A DNA stretch of 64,000 nt from Bacilli bacterium (GCA_017428485.1 JAFRQT010000011.1:7301-71300), one strand, 5' to 3'; numbered from the stretch's first letter, positions 39,235 to 48,545 are shown. Notes: generated by a model from the letters alone, not told the origin. Numbers and translations: made by a program.

Positions 39235-40011
39235 ATGAAATATAATGATTTATTAAATTCACATTTAAAGTATGGAACAACATCGGACGATATCATTAAA
39301 AGAAAAGGTTATGAAAAAATATTAGAAAATGTTGTTATTGCACCATGGTGGAGTCATGATATATTTGACGGATTAAATTTTGAAGTAGATCAAGTAAATG
39401 ATAAAGTGTTTAACTTTTACAGCGATGATTTATCCTTTTCATATATAGAATTAAAAAGAATAGGAGCGCCTGGAATAATGGATTTTATACTATCCTTAGG
39501 AGTTACAAAATGTAAAAATGTAATTTTTTTAGGATCAGCAGGTTCATTAGATGAAAGTATTAAAATAGGTGAAATAGTTATTCCAAAATACTCTATATGT
39601 GGTGATGGGGCATCCAGATATTTAAATATAAATCTTGAAGATGAATTTTTAAAAAAAGAATATCCCTCAAAAATATTTACAAATGATTTAATTGATATCT
39701 TAAAAGAAAGCAATATAAAATATCACTATGTTCCTAATTATAGCATTGATACTGTATTTGCACAGTTTTATCACATTGATAAGATTTTAGATTTAGGGGC
39801 TAAAACTATCGAAATGGAAACTGCCTGTTTATTTAAATGTTGTAATTTAATGAATATAAATGCAACAGCATTATTCTGTATATCTGATAATAATATATTA
39901 AATAAATCTCTATATAGCGGAAGAACCGATGAAGAAAATGATTATAGACATAAAATTAGATATGAATTAATCCCAAAAATAGTTATTGATTTATTTAAGA
40001 AAAGTAACTAA
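39235..40011 (+). CDS. purine/uridine nucleoside phosphorylase family protein
   Basis: IGAP, IFLGSAGSL, GDGASRY, IEMETA, CISDN. Confidence 0.85.
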   Translation: MKYNDLLNSHLKYGTTSDDIIKRKGYEKILENVVIAPWWSHDIFDGLNFEVDQVNDKVFNFYSDDLSFSYIELKRIGAPGIMDFILSLGVTKCKNVIFLGSAGSLDESIKIGEIVIPKYSICGDGASRYLNINLEDEFLKKEYPSKIFTNDLIDILKESNIKYHYVPNYSIDTVFAQFYHIDKILDLGAKTIEMETACLFKCCNLMNINATALFCISDNNILNKSLYSGRTDEENDYRHKIRYELIPKIVIDLFKKSN

Positions 40012-40059
40012 AATGTCTTGTAATATTTTTTTGTTTATCAATATAATTAATTAACTCTT

Positions 40060-40080
40060 TTAGATAAGTTATTAGATAAG
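40060..40080 (+). repeat. arm-type direct repeat TTAGATAAG x2
   Basis: Copies at 40060 and 40072. Confidence 0.8.
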
Positions 40081-40185
40081 TTGTATGAAAAAAACTTACA
40101 ATTATCAGACAAAAAATTATAAGTTTTAAATAAAAAACACCAATTTAAAAGGAAAAAATTACCTGGTTGTTTTAAATTATTACTA

Positions 40186-40227
40186 TGTGGCAGTGGTAAA
40201 AAATATGAGCAATGTTGTGGCAAATAA
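40186..40227 (+). repeat. secA 3'-end copy 3 (CGSGKKYEQCCGK-stop), putative att junction
   Basis: tgtggcagtggtaaaaaatatgagcaatgttgtggcaaataa, followed by gcaaaccctgataaaataagggg. Confidence 0.85.
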
Positions 40228-40397
40228 CTCGCAAACCCTGATAAAATAAGGGGAAAAACGAGTTTTTCTTTTTAGCAAAAAAACCAAAATTGGCTTTAGA
40301 ACCATTTTATACATAAAATTGAATCATAAAATAGTAATATTGCGATGTAATTAAAATATAGAAAAGTTTGATATAATTGATTATAGGAAGTGATAAA

Positions 40398-40691
40398 ATG
40401 GCTACTACAAAAGATTATAGAGATTTTATTTTAGAGCAACTAAATTTATTAGATAATATAACTTGTAAATCTATGATGGGAGAATATTTACTTTATTATA
40501 ATGGAGTATTATTTGGAGGCATTTATGATGATAGATTACTTGTTAAAATAGTTGATAGCAATAAGAAATACAATATGCAAGAATCTATTCCATATGAAAG
40601 TGCAAAACCTATGTATCTTGTAGGCGATGTAGATAATCCAGTAACATTAAAAGAAATAGTATTAGATACTTACAGAGATTTAAAGAAATAA
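40398..40691 (+). CDS. TfoX N-terminal domain protein
   Basis: KSMMGEYLLY..G..FGGIYDDRLLVK, PY..AKPM. Confidence 0.85.
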   Translation: MATTKDYRDFILEQLNLLDNITCKSMMGEYLLYYNGVLFGGIYDDRLLVKIVDSNKKYNMQESIPYESAKPMYLVGDVDNPVTLKEIVLDTYRDLKK

Positions 40692-40720
40692 AATAATCAT
40701 CATATTAAGAAAATAGGTGA
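40689..40720 (+). repeat. post-stop-codon motif, copy 3
   Basis: taaaataatcatcatattaaga, 21/22 identical to copy 1. Confidence 0.65.
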
Positions 40721-40831
40721 ATAAAAAATTTTCTTTTAATATGATAAAATATATAGAATATAACTCAACTATTGGTATGTGTATATTATGAGTATTTTAT
40801 TATATATTTGAATTGTGAAAGGAGAAAGTTC

Positions 40832-41461
40832 ATGGATTTAATTAAGATTGGGAAATTTATTGCTGATTGTAGGAAAAGGAAAAATATAACTCAAGAGGAG
40901 TTAGCAGAAAAATTATATATTACTGATCGAGCAGTATCAAAATGGGAAAGAGGATTATCATTACCTGATGCTGATAAGATGTTAGAGTTATGTAGTATAC
41001 TTGATATTAATGTTAATGAACTTTTAAATGGTGAAAAAATAAATATGAAAGATTATGAAAAGAAAACAAATGAATTATTGGTTGAGTTAGCTAAACAGGA
41101 AGAATTAAAGAATAAAAAGATGATAACAGACATGTATGTTTTAAGTGTTACAGCAGTAGTATTTTATATTGGAATAACATTACTTGCAGCATACACATTG
41201 GGAGAAGGAACTACATTTGGTATTATTGTTACTATTGCTACTATTATTTTAGTTGCTGTTGCTTTATATGTTTTTAAACTTGAAATTTATACTGGATATT
41301 ATGAATGTAAAAAATGCCATCATAGATATGTTCCAAATTCTTACTGGAAAGTAATGTTTTCTCCTCATATAGATACAACAAGATATTTAAAATGTCCTAA
41401 ATGTGGTAAAAGAAGTTGGTCTAAAAAAGTAATGAGTAAGACAGATAAAGTATTAAAATAG
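40832..41461 (+). CDS. XRE-family HTH regulator with TM segments and Zn ribbon
   Basis: IGKFI...TQEELAEKL..TDRAVSKWERG..PD; 2 TM; CKKC...CPKC. Confidence 0.85.
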   Translation: MDLIKIGKFIADCRKRKNITQEELAEKLYITDRAVSKWERGLSLPDADKMLELCSILDINVNELLNGEKINMKDYEKKTNELLVELAKQEELKNKKMITDMYVLSVTAVVFYIGITLLAAYTLGEGTTFGIIVTIATIILVAVALYVFKLEIYTGYYECKKCHHRYVPNSYWKVMFSPHIDTTRYLKCPKCGKRSWSKKVMSKTDKVLK

Positions 41462-41572
41462 TTTATATAATATTATATTTAATATATGTAAAGGATAATG
41501 GTTTTTCATTTTCTTATAATAATTATTATAAATGTTATGCTATAATTATTTTGTAATAGGAGGATATTAAGT

Positions 41573-41845
41573 ATGATATTATTTATGTCATTTTTTATAT
41601 TGGTGACATTTGCTGTAGATTACTTAATATATAAAAGAGTCAGCGACACAAATACCATATGGAATTATCTATTTTGTATTGGAATATATCCATATTTATT
41701 TGTTTTCTTATATTGTATAGCTGTTGGGATATTTAATGGTAGTTCTACGGAAATTGCTTTTGGGATTTGGCTTGCAGTTGTTGTATATTGGTATATAAGT
41801 ATTCCATTCCTTATTTTGACAATTATTTCCTATATTGGTATTTAG
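41573..41845 (+). CDS. small hypothetical membrane protein
   Basis: AGGAGG RBS; three hydrophobic segments. Confidence 0.6.
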   Translation: MILFMSFFILVTFAVDYLIYKRVSDTNTIWNYLFCIGIYPYLFVFLYCIAVGIFNGSSTEIAFGIWLAVVVYWYISIPFLILTIISYIGI

Positions 41846-41898
41846 AAAAGTAGAAAAAAGAATAACTATTTTTAGTACATATAAAGGAGATGATTAAT

Positions 41899-42393
41899 AT
41901 GAAAAATAAAAAAAGTTTAATAATTTATTTTAGCAGAGCAGATGAAAATTATGCAGTTGGTTATGTAGATAAAGGTAATACAGAAATAGTTGCTGAATAT
42001 GTAAGAGATTTAATTGGTGCAGATATGTTTAAAGTTGAACCATTAGTGCCATATGCAAAGGATTATGCAACTTGCATAAAAGAAGCAAAAGAGCGCATCG
42101 GCAATGCTCCAATTAAAGAAATAATACAAGATATTTCTGCATATGAGGTAATATATATAATGAGTCCAATATATTGGGGTACATATGCGCCAGAACTTGA
42201 AACTGCTATTAAAGATTTAGACTTTAATGGAAAAACCATTAGAGTAATAACAACACATGAGGGTTCAGGCCTTGCAAATGTAGTTAATGATATTAAAAGA
42301 ATTTGTGTGGGCGCTAACGTTTTAGATGATGCCATTGCAATTAGAGGATCAAAAGCAAAGGAATCTAAATCTAAACTTGAGTCTTGGATATAA
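41899..42393 (+). CDS. flavodoxin
   Basis: YFSRADENY..G....GNT, PIYWG, THEGSG. Confidence 0.88.
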   Translation: MKNKKSLIIYFSRADENYAVGYVDKGNTEIVAEYVRDLIGADMFKVEPLVPYAKDYATCIKEAKERIGNAPIKEIIQDISAYEVIYIMSPIYWGTYAPELETAIKDLDFNGKTIRVITTHEGSGLANVVNDIKRICVGANVLDDAIAIRGSKAKESKSKLESWI

Positions 42394-42414
42394 ATTATGA
42401 AAGGAAAAAATAAA

Positions 42415-42954
42415 ATGACGATTTATGATTTAAAAGTTAAAAATAGAAATGGTGAAGATGTATTATTAGGTAATTATAGAGGGAAAGTATTGATAATTGT
42501 TAATACTGCTACCGGGTGTGGATTTACACCACAGTATGAAGGATTAGAAAAACTTTACAGAGAATATCATGATAAAGGATTAGAAATATTAGATTTTCCA
42601 TGTAATCAGTTTGGGAACCAAGCACCAGGAAGTGACGATGAGATTCATGAATTTTGTGCTTTAAAATATAATACTTCATTTGATCAATTTGCAAAAATAG
42701 AAGTTAATGGTGAAAATGAATCTTCACTATATACATATTTAAAAGAGCAAATTAAGGATGATGAGATTAAAGGTTTAAAAAATAAAATGGCTATGAAAGC
42801 CATAGAAAAAATAAGTAAAACGGCTACTAAGGATGGAGACATCAAATGGAACTTCACTAAATTTTTAGTAAATAAAGAAGGTACAGTAGTTAAAAGATAC
42901 TCACCTACATATAAACCCGAAGACATGGAAGAAGAAATTAAAAAATTAATATAA
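42415..42954 (+). CDS. glutathione peroxidase
   Basis: VNTATGCGFTPQY, FPCNQF..Q, KWNFTKFL. Confidence 0.93.
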   Translation: MTIYDLKVKNRNGEDVLLGNYRGKVLIIVNTATGCGFTPQYEGLEKLYREYHDKGLEILDFPCNQFGNQAPGSDDEIHEFCALKYNTSFDQFAKIEVNGENESSLYTYLKEQIKDDEIKGLKNKMAMKAIEKISKTATKDGDIKWNFTKFLVNKEGTVVKRYSPTYKPEDMEEEIKKLI

Positions 42955-42964
42955 TAAAAATGAC

Positions 42965-43483
42965 TTAATTTAAGTCATTTTTAAATAGGTTTTTAATATT
43001 TTCTATTATTAGGTTTTCCATTATGCTATAGTTCATATTGTTGTGCTTGTGATATTTTATTTCATGGCATAAATTATCAATCAAACCCAACATAATATGG
43101 ACTTTTTCAGATAGATTATTGTCACTAAAATTATTATTTATTAATATTTCTTTTATAGAATTTGTAATTTCTAATTCCCTTTTATAATAATACTCATCAA
43201 TTCTTTTATCCGAATGAACCATAGACATTATTTCTTCATGTGCAACATTAGATATTTTATGATTGTCAATATAGTATTCTATCATGTCTTTTATAACGCT
43301 ATCAAAGTTTCTTTTTTCAAATGTTAAATTTGAATTTTTTAGCATAGGGAAGAATACTGTTTCACCATATTTTTCTAATCCTTCAATTAAAATATCATAT
43401 TTATCTTTAAAATATTGATAAACTATTCCCGTAGATACTCCAGCTTGGAAAGCTATTTTGGCTGTGTTGATGTTATATTTCAA
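42965..43483 (-). pseudogene. 5'-truncated TetR-family regulator
   Basis: TAKIA..AGVSTGIVYQYF.DK HTH present but helix 1 is missing; in-frame stop 6 codons upstream. Confidence 0.7.
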
Positions 43484-43666
43484 ACTACTTATGCGTGGTT
43501 AATCGCAACATTATTCTATCAAATAGCTTCTCGTATAAAATATGTAAACATTGCTAATTTAGTTATAATTTTGCTGCTATTATTTATTATAATATTAGTG
43601 ATAGTTAGAACAAGGAAACATAAAGGGTGTGAAAATTGCCCTTATTGTGATAAATGCAGTCACTAA
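43478..43666 (+). pseudogene. C-terminal remnant of FeoB with Cys-rich tail
   Basis: FQTTYAWLIATLFYQI and GCENCPYC; no upstream FeoB body. Confidence 0.6.
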
Positions 43667-43687
43667 TTATTATTGGAAGTGATTATT

Positions 43688-44566
43688 ATGAAAACTGAAA
43701 AAAATATATTAATTGCATTTTTATTAAATATATCTTTTTCAATATTTGAATTTATTGGTGGATTATTTACTAATTCAGTAGCAATACTTTCTGATTCGGT
43801 TCATGATTTGGGTGATGCTATATCTATAGGTATATCTTATTTTATGGAAAGAAAAAGTAAAAAACATGCTGACAATAAATATACTTATGGATATGTTAGA
43901 TATTCAGTTTTGGGTGGCGTTATTACAACAACTATATTATTAGTTGGCTCAGTCTTAGTAATAATTGGAGCAATCAAAAGACTTTTTAATCCAGTAGAAG
44001 TAAATTATAGTGGAATGATTATATTTGCAGTAGTTGGAGTAGTACTTAATTTTATCGCAGCATATGTAACAAGAGAAGGAGATTCAATTAATCAAAAATC
44101 AGTTAATCTTCATATGCTTGAAGATGTACTAGGATGGATAGTTGTATTGATTGGAGCCATTATAATGAGATTTACTGATATTAGTATAATTGATCCAGTT
44201 ATGAGTATAGGAGTGGCTATATTTATATTATTTAATTCACTTAAGAATTTAAAAAGAGTGTTAGATTTATTTTTAGAGAAAACACCAGATGATATTGATA
44301 TAAATGAATTAAAGAAACATTTATTGAAAATAAAAGGTGTTGATGATATACATCATGTACATATATGGAGTATTGATGGATTTAATAATTATGCAACTAT
44401 GCATATTGTATCTAAATCAAAAGATATTGCTAAAATAAAAAAAGAAATAAGAGATGAATTAAAAGAGCATAATATATGTCATGCAATATTAGAAACTGAA
44501 GAAGAAACTTGTGATGAAATAGAGTGCCATGTTGAATTTAAAGAACATAAGGGACATCACCATTAA
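43688..44566 (+). CDS. cation diffusion facilitator (Zn/Co/Cd exporter)
   Basis: SDSVHDLGD, YTYGY.R, LHMLEDVLGW, HHVHIW, His-rich tail. Confidence 0.92.
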   Translation: MKTEKNILIAFLLNISFSIFEFIGGLFTNSVAILSDSVHDLGDAISIGISYFMERKSKKHADNKYTYGYVRYSVLGGVITTTILLVGSVLVIIGAIKRLFNPVEVNYSGMIIFAVVGVVLNFIAAYVTREGDSINQKSVNLHMLEDVLGWIVVLIGAIIMRFTDISIIDPVMSIGVAIFILFNSLKNLKRVLDLFLEKTPDDIDINELKKHLLKIKGVDDIHHVHIWSIDGFNNYATMHIVSKSKDIAKIKKEIRDELKEHNICHAILETEEETCDEIECHVEFKEHKGHHH

Positions 44567-44596
44567 AAATGTGATATAATTATATAGGAGGAAAAA

Positions 44597-44791
44597 ATGG
44601 AAAAAAAGAAAAATACAAAATGCACTTGTGGATGTGAAGGAGAATGCAAATGCGATGAAAATTGCACTTGTGGATGCCAAGAAGGTAAAGAATGCACATG
44701 TGGATGTGGAGATGAATGTAAGTGCGATGAAAATTGTACATGTGGATGTCATGAAGGCAAAAAATGTACATGCAATGAAAAAAAGAAATAA
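44597..44791 (+). CDS. metallothionein-like Cys-rich protein (18 Cys, 1 His in 64 aa)
   Basis: AGGAGG RBS; CTCGC/CKC clusters; 24-aa tandem duplication; no aromatic residues. Confidence 0.8.
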   Translation: MEKKKNTKCTCGCEGECKCDENCTCGCQEGKECTCGCGDECKCDENCTCGCHEGKKCTCNEKKK

Positions 44792-44931
44792 TATATTGAA
44801 AAAAAACAATTAAAATGGTATCCTATAAATAGGTAGTGAGAATATGAGTATAAAAATATTTTGTGGTTTGATAAACTAGTATATTAAGAGTATTTTTTGT
44901 ACTCTTTTTTTGTTTTTTCTGGGGAGGTTAT

Positions 44932-46119
44932 ATGAAAGAGCAATTAGAGAAAGAAAGATTAAGACTAATAGTATTTAAAAGTGCATTAGAATTAGGGCAA
45001 AAAGTTGATGAACATTTACTTGATATGTACAGGTTTGATAAAGACAAATACACATTTATAGTGCCCATCAATGAAAATTATTTTGATGATGGGCATTTAA
45101 AAGTAGAAATTAATTCTACCGTTAGAGGAAAAGATGTATTTTTCTTAACTGATATAGGTAATTATAGTATAACGTATACAATGAGAGGGTTTACTAATCA
45201 TACTAGCCCAAATGATTTGATGCAACAATTAAAAGATGGCATTGGAGCTACTAATAGACATGCAGATAAAATTAATATAATAATGCCTTTGTTGTATGCT
45301 GGACGCCAACATAGAAGAAATACTAGAGAAAATCTTGCCTGTGGTGAAAGTTTAAGAGAACTAGATCGAATACATGGTATTAAAAGTTTTATTACTTTCG
45401 ATGCTCATGACCAAGGCGTTGAACATGCTACTGAAAATATGGAATTTGAGAATTTCTTTGCAACGAATACTATACTAGATGAATTCATTAATAACACTCC
45501 TAAAGAAGATCTTAGAAATATTGTCTTTGTGGCACCTGATAGTGGCGCTGTTGGAAGAAGAAATGTTTATTTAAACTCATTTGATTCTGAATTTATTGAC
45601 AGGGATGCTGGTGAATTTTATAAACAAAGAGATTATAAACATTTAGTTAATGGAAAATATAAAGTTATTGCCCACAAATACATTGGAAATAATGATTTAA
45701 ACGGCAAAACTGCAATAGTAATTGATGATATGATTTCTAGTGGTGGCAGCATGTTAAATGTAATAAATGAACTTCATGATTGTGGGGCAACAAAAATATA
45801 TGTAATGATTACTTTTGCATTATTTACAAGAGGAATAGAAGATTTTAAAAAGATGTATGCAGAAGGCAAACTAGCTGGAATATATACAACAAATCTAACT
45901 TACATACCAGAAGAATATAAAAAAGAATCCTGGCTACACATATGTGATTGTTCTAAAGAAATAGCACAAATTATTTATAACATGCATAATGATTTATCAA
46001 TAACTGGAATATTAAAAGATAAATCAGAACCAATTATGCTACTTGAGAAGAAATTCGGAAAGCAAAAAGATAATAAAAAAGGATATGATTTTGATGAATC
46101 AATTATACAATTCCATTAA
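44932..46119 (+). CDS. prs: ribose-phosphate pyrophosphokinase (long form)
   Basis: FDDG, VRGKDV, P.LYAGRQHRR, FDAH, VAPDSG, IVIDDMISSGGS. Confidence 0.88.
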   Translation: MKEQLEKERLRLIVFKSALELGQKVDEHLLDMYRFDKDKYTFIVPINENYFDDGHLKVEINSTVRGKDVFFLTDIGNYSITYTMRGFTNHTSPNDLMQQLKDGIGATNRHADKINIIMPLLYAGRQHRRNTRENLACGESLRELDRIHGIKSFITFDAHDQGVEHATENMEFENFFATNTILDEFINNTPKEDLRNIVFVAPDSGAVGRRNVYLNSFDSEFIDRDAGEFYKQRDYKHLVNGKYKVIAHKYIGNNDLNGKTAIVIDDMISSGGSMLNVINELHDCGATKIYVMITFALFTRGIEDFKKMYAEGKLAGIYTTNLTYIPEEYKKESWLHICDCSKEIAQIIYNMHNDLSITGILKDKSEPIMLLEKKFGKQKDNKKGYDFDESIIQFH

Positions 46120-46597
46120 TATAATTGAATATGAAGATAAGTATTTGGAAGATGTACGTGATTTATTAACTGAACTTGAAGAATATATAGTAACAATTGA
46201 TGAAGACCATTTAGACCATGTACATCCTGAATATCATGAAAAGATGGCTCTTTATGATTTGAAAGAAATAAAAGAAAATAATGGTAAATGTTATTTAGCA
46301 ATTTGTGATGGCAAAGCAATTGGATTAATAATGGGATGCATATTTCCATATGATGAACATGATTATTTAGATTATAAATGTCCAAAAAGAGGAGAAATAA
46401 CAGAATTAATAATAACATCAAAAGTAAGAAGTTCCGGAATTGGCAGTAAACTAATTAATAAAATGGAGGAATATTTTATTTCTGAGGGATGTGAATATTC
46501 TTTTGTAGATATATTTGCATATAATAAAAATGCTGATGATTTTTATAAACATAAAGGGTATCATCATAGAATGTATAGTGGAATTAAGAAATTATAA
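46094..46597 (+). CDS. GNAT acetyltransferase
   Basis: RSSGIGSKLI, N..A..FY...GY. Confidence 0.85.
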   Translation: MNQLYNSINIIEYEDKYLEDVRDLLTELEEYIVTIDEDHLDHVHPEYHEKMALYDLKEIKENNGKCYLAICDGKAIGLIMGCIFPYDEHDYLDYKCPKRGEITELIITSKVRSSGIGSKLINKMEEYFISEGCEYSFVDIFAYNKNADDFYKHKGYHHRMYSGIKKL

Positions 46598-46662
46598 TGT
46601 TAACCTATAAAGAATATTTATAGGTTTTTTAATTTCATGATATAATTATAATGAGGTGCTAT

Positions 46663-47697
46663 ATGTATACTATCTATGATTATCTAAAATATTATAAAGA
46701 TTATGATATAAATGAAGTACCATGGAATGATATGGATAACTTATTACTATCAACTATAGTTTATATACCGATAAAGGGATTTATGGGAACTATAAGTTTT
46801 AATGAAATGTGCAATAAAATAATGAAATTTAAAGTTCCAGATAAAACAGAATATTTAGCGCCTAAAATAAAAAGTCTTATTGAAATAATAAACAATTCAA
46901 AAAGATATAATAAGTTAAAATTTAGAAATTTTGAAAATACAATTGATAATAATACTCAATTTGGAGCAATGACTTGCATTATAGATAAAATAAAAATAAT
47001 TGTATTTAAAGGTACTGATAGATCAATAGTAGGATGGCTTGAAAATTTTAGACTTATGTATGAATATCCTACATATACGCAATCTTTAGCAATAAAATAT
47101 TTAAAAAATAACATAGGGTTGTTTGATAAAAACGTTTATGTTACTGGTCATTCAAAAGGTGGAAATATGGCAATGGCTAGTGTAATGGAACTTGGTGATT
47201 TTAAATTTAATAAAGTTAAAAGAGTAATTAATTTTGATGGACCTGGTTTTAGAAAAGAAGAATATGATTCACCAAAATATAAGAAAATGAGCATGAAATT
47301 AACAAATATTATTCCATCTAACTCTTATATTGGTTCATTAATGTTTAATAATGAATATAAAGTGATTAAAACTATTGCCCATGGTATTAACATACATTAT
47401 CCAATATATTGGGCAACGTATGGTACTGAATTTATTCAAGATGAATTATCTAAATTAAGTCAAGAATTACATATAAGAACATCTATCAATATTGAGAATA
47501 TTGATTCAAATTCATTTAGAGAATATTTTGAAAATGCATTTAAAATATTAAATTATAAAATAACTTCTAATATTAGCATAAGTATAAGTGATATGATTAA
47601 TATCTTTAAAACTATAAAAGGTATGGATAAAAAAACAACTGAATATGTTAATTCAGTATTAAAATCAATGTTAAAAATCACAAATAAAAATAAGTGA
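46663..47697 (+). CDS. DUF2974/Mbeg1-like alpha/beta hydrolase
   Basis: QFGA, FKGTD.SIVGW.E, GHSKGG, FDGPG. Confidence 0.85.
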   Translation: MYTIYDYLKYYKDYDINEVPWNDMDNLLLSTIVYIPIKGFMGTISFNEMCNKIMKFKVPDKTEYLAPKIKSLIEIINNSKRYNKLKFRNFENTIDNNTQFGAMTCIIDKIKIIVFKGTDRSIVGWLENFRLMYEYPTYTQSLAIKYLKNNIGLFDKNVYVTGHSKGGNMAMASVMELGDFKFNKVKRVINFDGPGFRKEEYDSPKYKKMSMKLTNIIPSNSYIGSLMFNNEYKVIKTIAHGINIHYPIYWATYGTEFIQDELSKLSQELHIRTSINIENIDSNSFREYFENAFKILNYKITSNISISISDMINIFKTIKGMDKKTTEYVNSVLKSMLKITNKNK

Positions 47698-47707
47698 GGG
47701 AGAAAAT

Positions 47708-48544
47708 ATGACAGATATTATTAAAATTAAAAAATGGATTGATGAGGCTGACGCTATTATCATTGGAGCTGGCTCTGGGTTGAGTGAAGAAGCAGGAATT
47801 AAATATAGTGGAGAAAAATTTGATAGAGATTTTATAGATTACATAAGGAAATATGGCTTTAAAGATTTACATTCGGCATTATTTTTCCCATATGCGAGTG
47901 AAGAGGAAAGATGGGCATGTTTAGCAAAATATATATATTTTACTTATTATGAAAATAAACATACTGAATTATATGAAAAATTATTTAAAATCTTCAAAGA
48001 TAAAAATTATTTTATAATTACTACTAATGCAGATGGGCAATTTATTAATAATGGTTTCAATCCAAAAAAAGTATTTGAGGTACAAGGTAATTATTCAAAA
48101 CTACAATGTTCTACTCCATGTAATAATAAATTATATTATAATGAAGATATTGTTAAAGATATGTTAAATAATATTGGCAATGATTTAGAAATACCAAAAG
48201 ATTTAATACCAAAATGTCCAGTTTGTGGTAAAAGAATGTCTATTAATATTAGAATTGATAATAAATTTGTAGAAGATGATAATTGGAACAAAATGAATGA
48301 AGATTATGCTAAATTTATTAAGAAGAATCAAAAGAAAAATGTCTTATTAATTGAATTTGGAGTGGGATTTAATACTCCAGCTATAATAAGAAACCCTTTT
48401 GAATGGATGACTTATGATAATGAGAATTTTAAATTAATTAGATTTAATGAATTGTATCCAGAAATATCTGATGAGTTAAAAGATAGATCAATTTCAGTTA
48501 GTGATGATATTAGCGAAGTAATTGATTTGATAAGTAGGTTGTAA
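47708..48544 (+). CDS. class M sirtuin (SirTM-like)
   Basis: GAGSGLS, TTNAD, QG.Y..LQC, CPVCG, GVGFNTP.IIR.PF. Confidence 0.85.
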   Translation: MTDIIKIKKWIDEADAIIIGAGSGLSEEAGIKYSGEKFDRDFIDYIRKYGFKDLHSALFFPYASEEERWACLAKYIYFTYYENKHTELYEKLFKIFKDKNYFIITTNADGQFINNGFNPKKVFEVQGNYSKLQCSTPCNNKLYYNEDIVKDMLNNIGNDLEIPKDLIPKCPVCGKRMSINIRIDNKFVEDDNWNKMNEDYAKFIKKNQKKNVLLIEFGVGFNTPAIIRNPFEWMTYDNENFKLIRFNELYPEISDELKDRSISVSDDISEVIDLISRL

Positions 48545-48545
48545 T

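Larger units (their letters stand above)
35813..40227 (+). mobile_element. tandem integrase-less elements bounded by copies of the secA 3' end
   Basis: 42-nt CGSG(K/R)KY..C.GK-stop tails at 35813, 38972 and 40186; flanking 11-12-bp-period direct repeats; accessory cargo. Confidence 0.65.

Noticed and set aside
41460-41490. gtttatataa-like half site resembling a Xer dif arm
   Set aside because: No matching second arm at the right spacing.
44621-44764. Tandem repeats that might suggest a CRISPR-like array
   Set aside because: They are in-frame 72-nt coding duplications of the Cys-rich protein, with no unique spacers and no cas genes.
44489-44813. Alternative-frame and antisense ORFs over the metallothionein-like gene
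   Set aside because: Shadows of the repeat; only 44597-44791 has a strong RBS and a coherent Cys pattern.
35855-44930. Prophage or ICE call for the secA-downstream island
   Set aside because: No integrase, relaxase, conjugation or phage structural genes are present.
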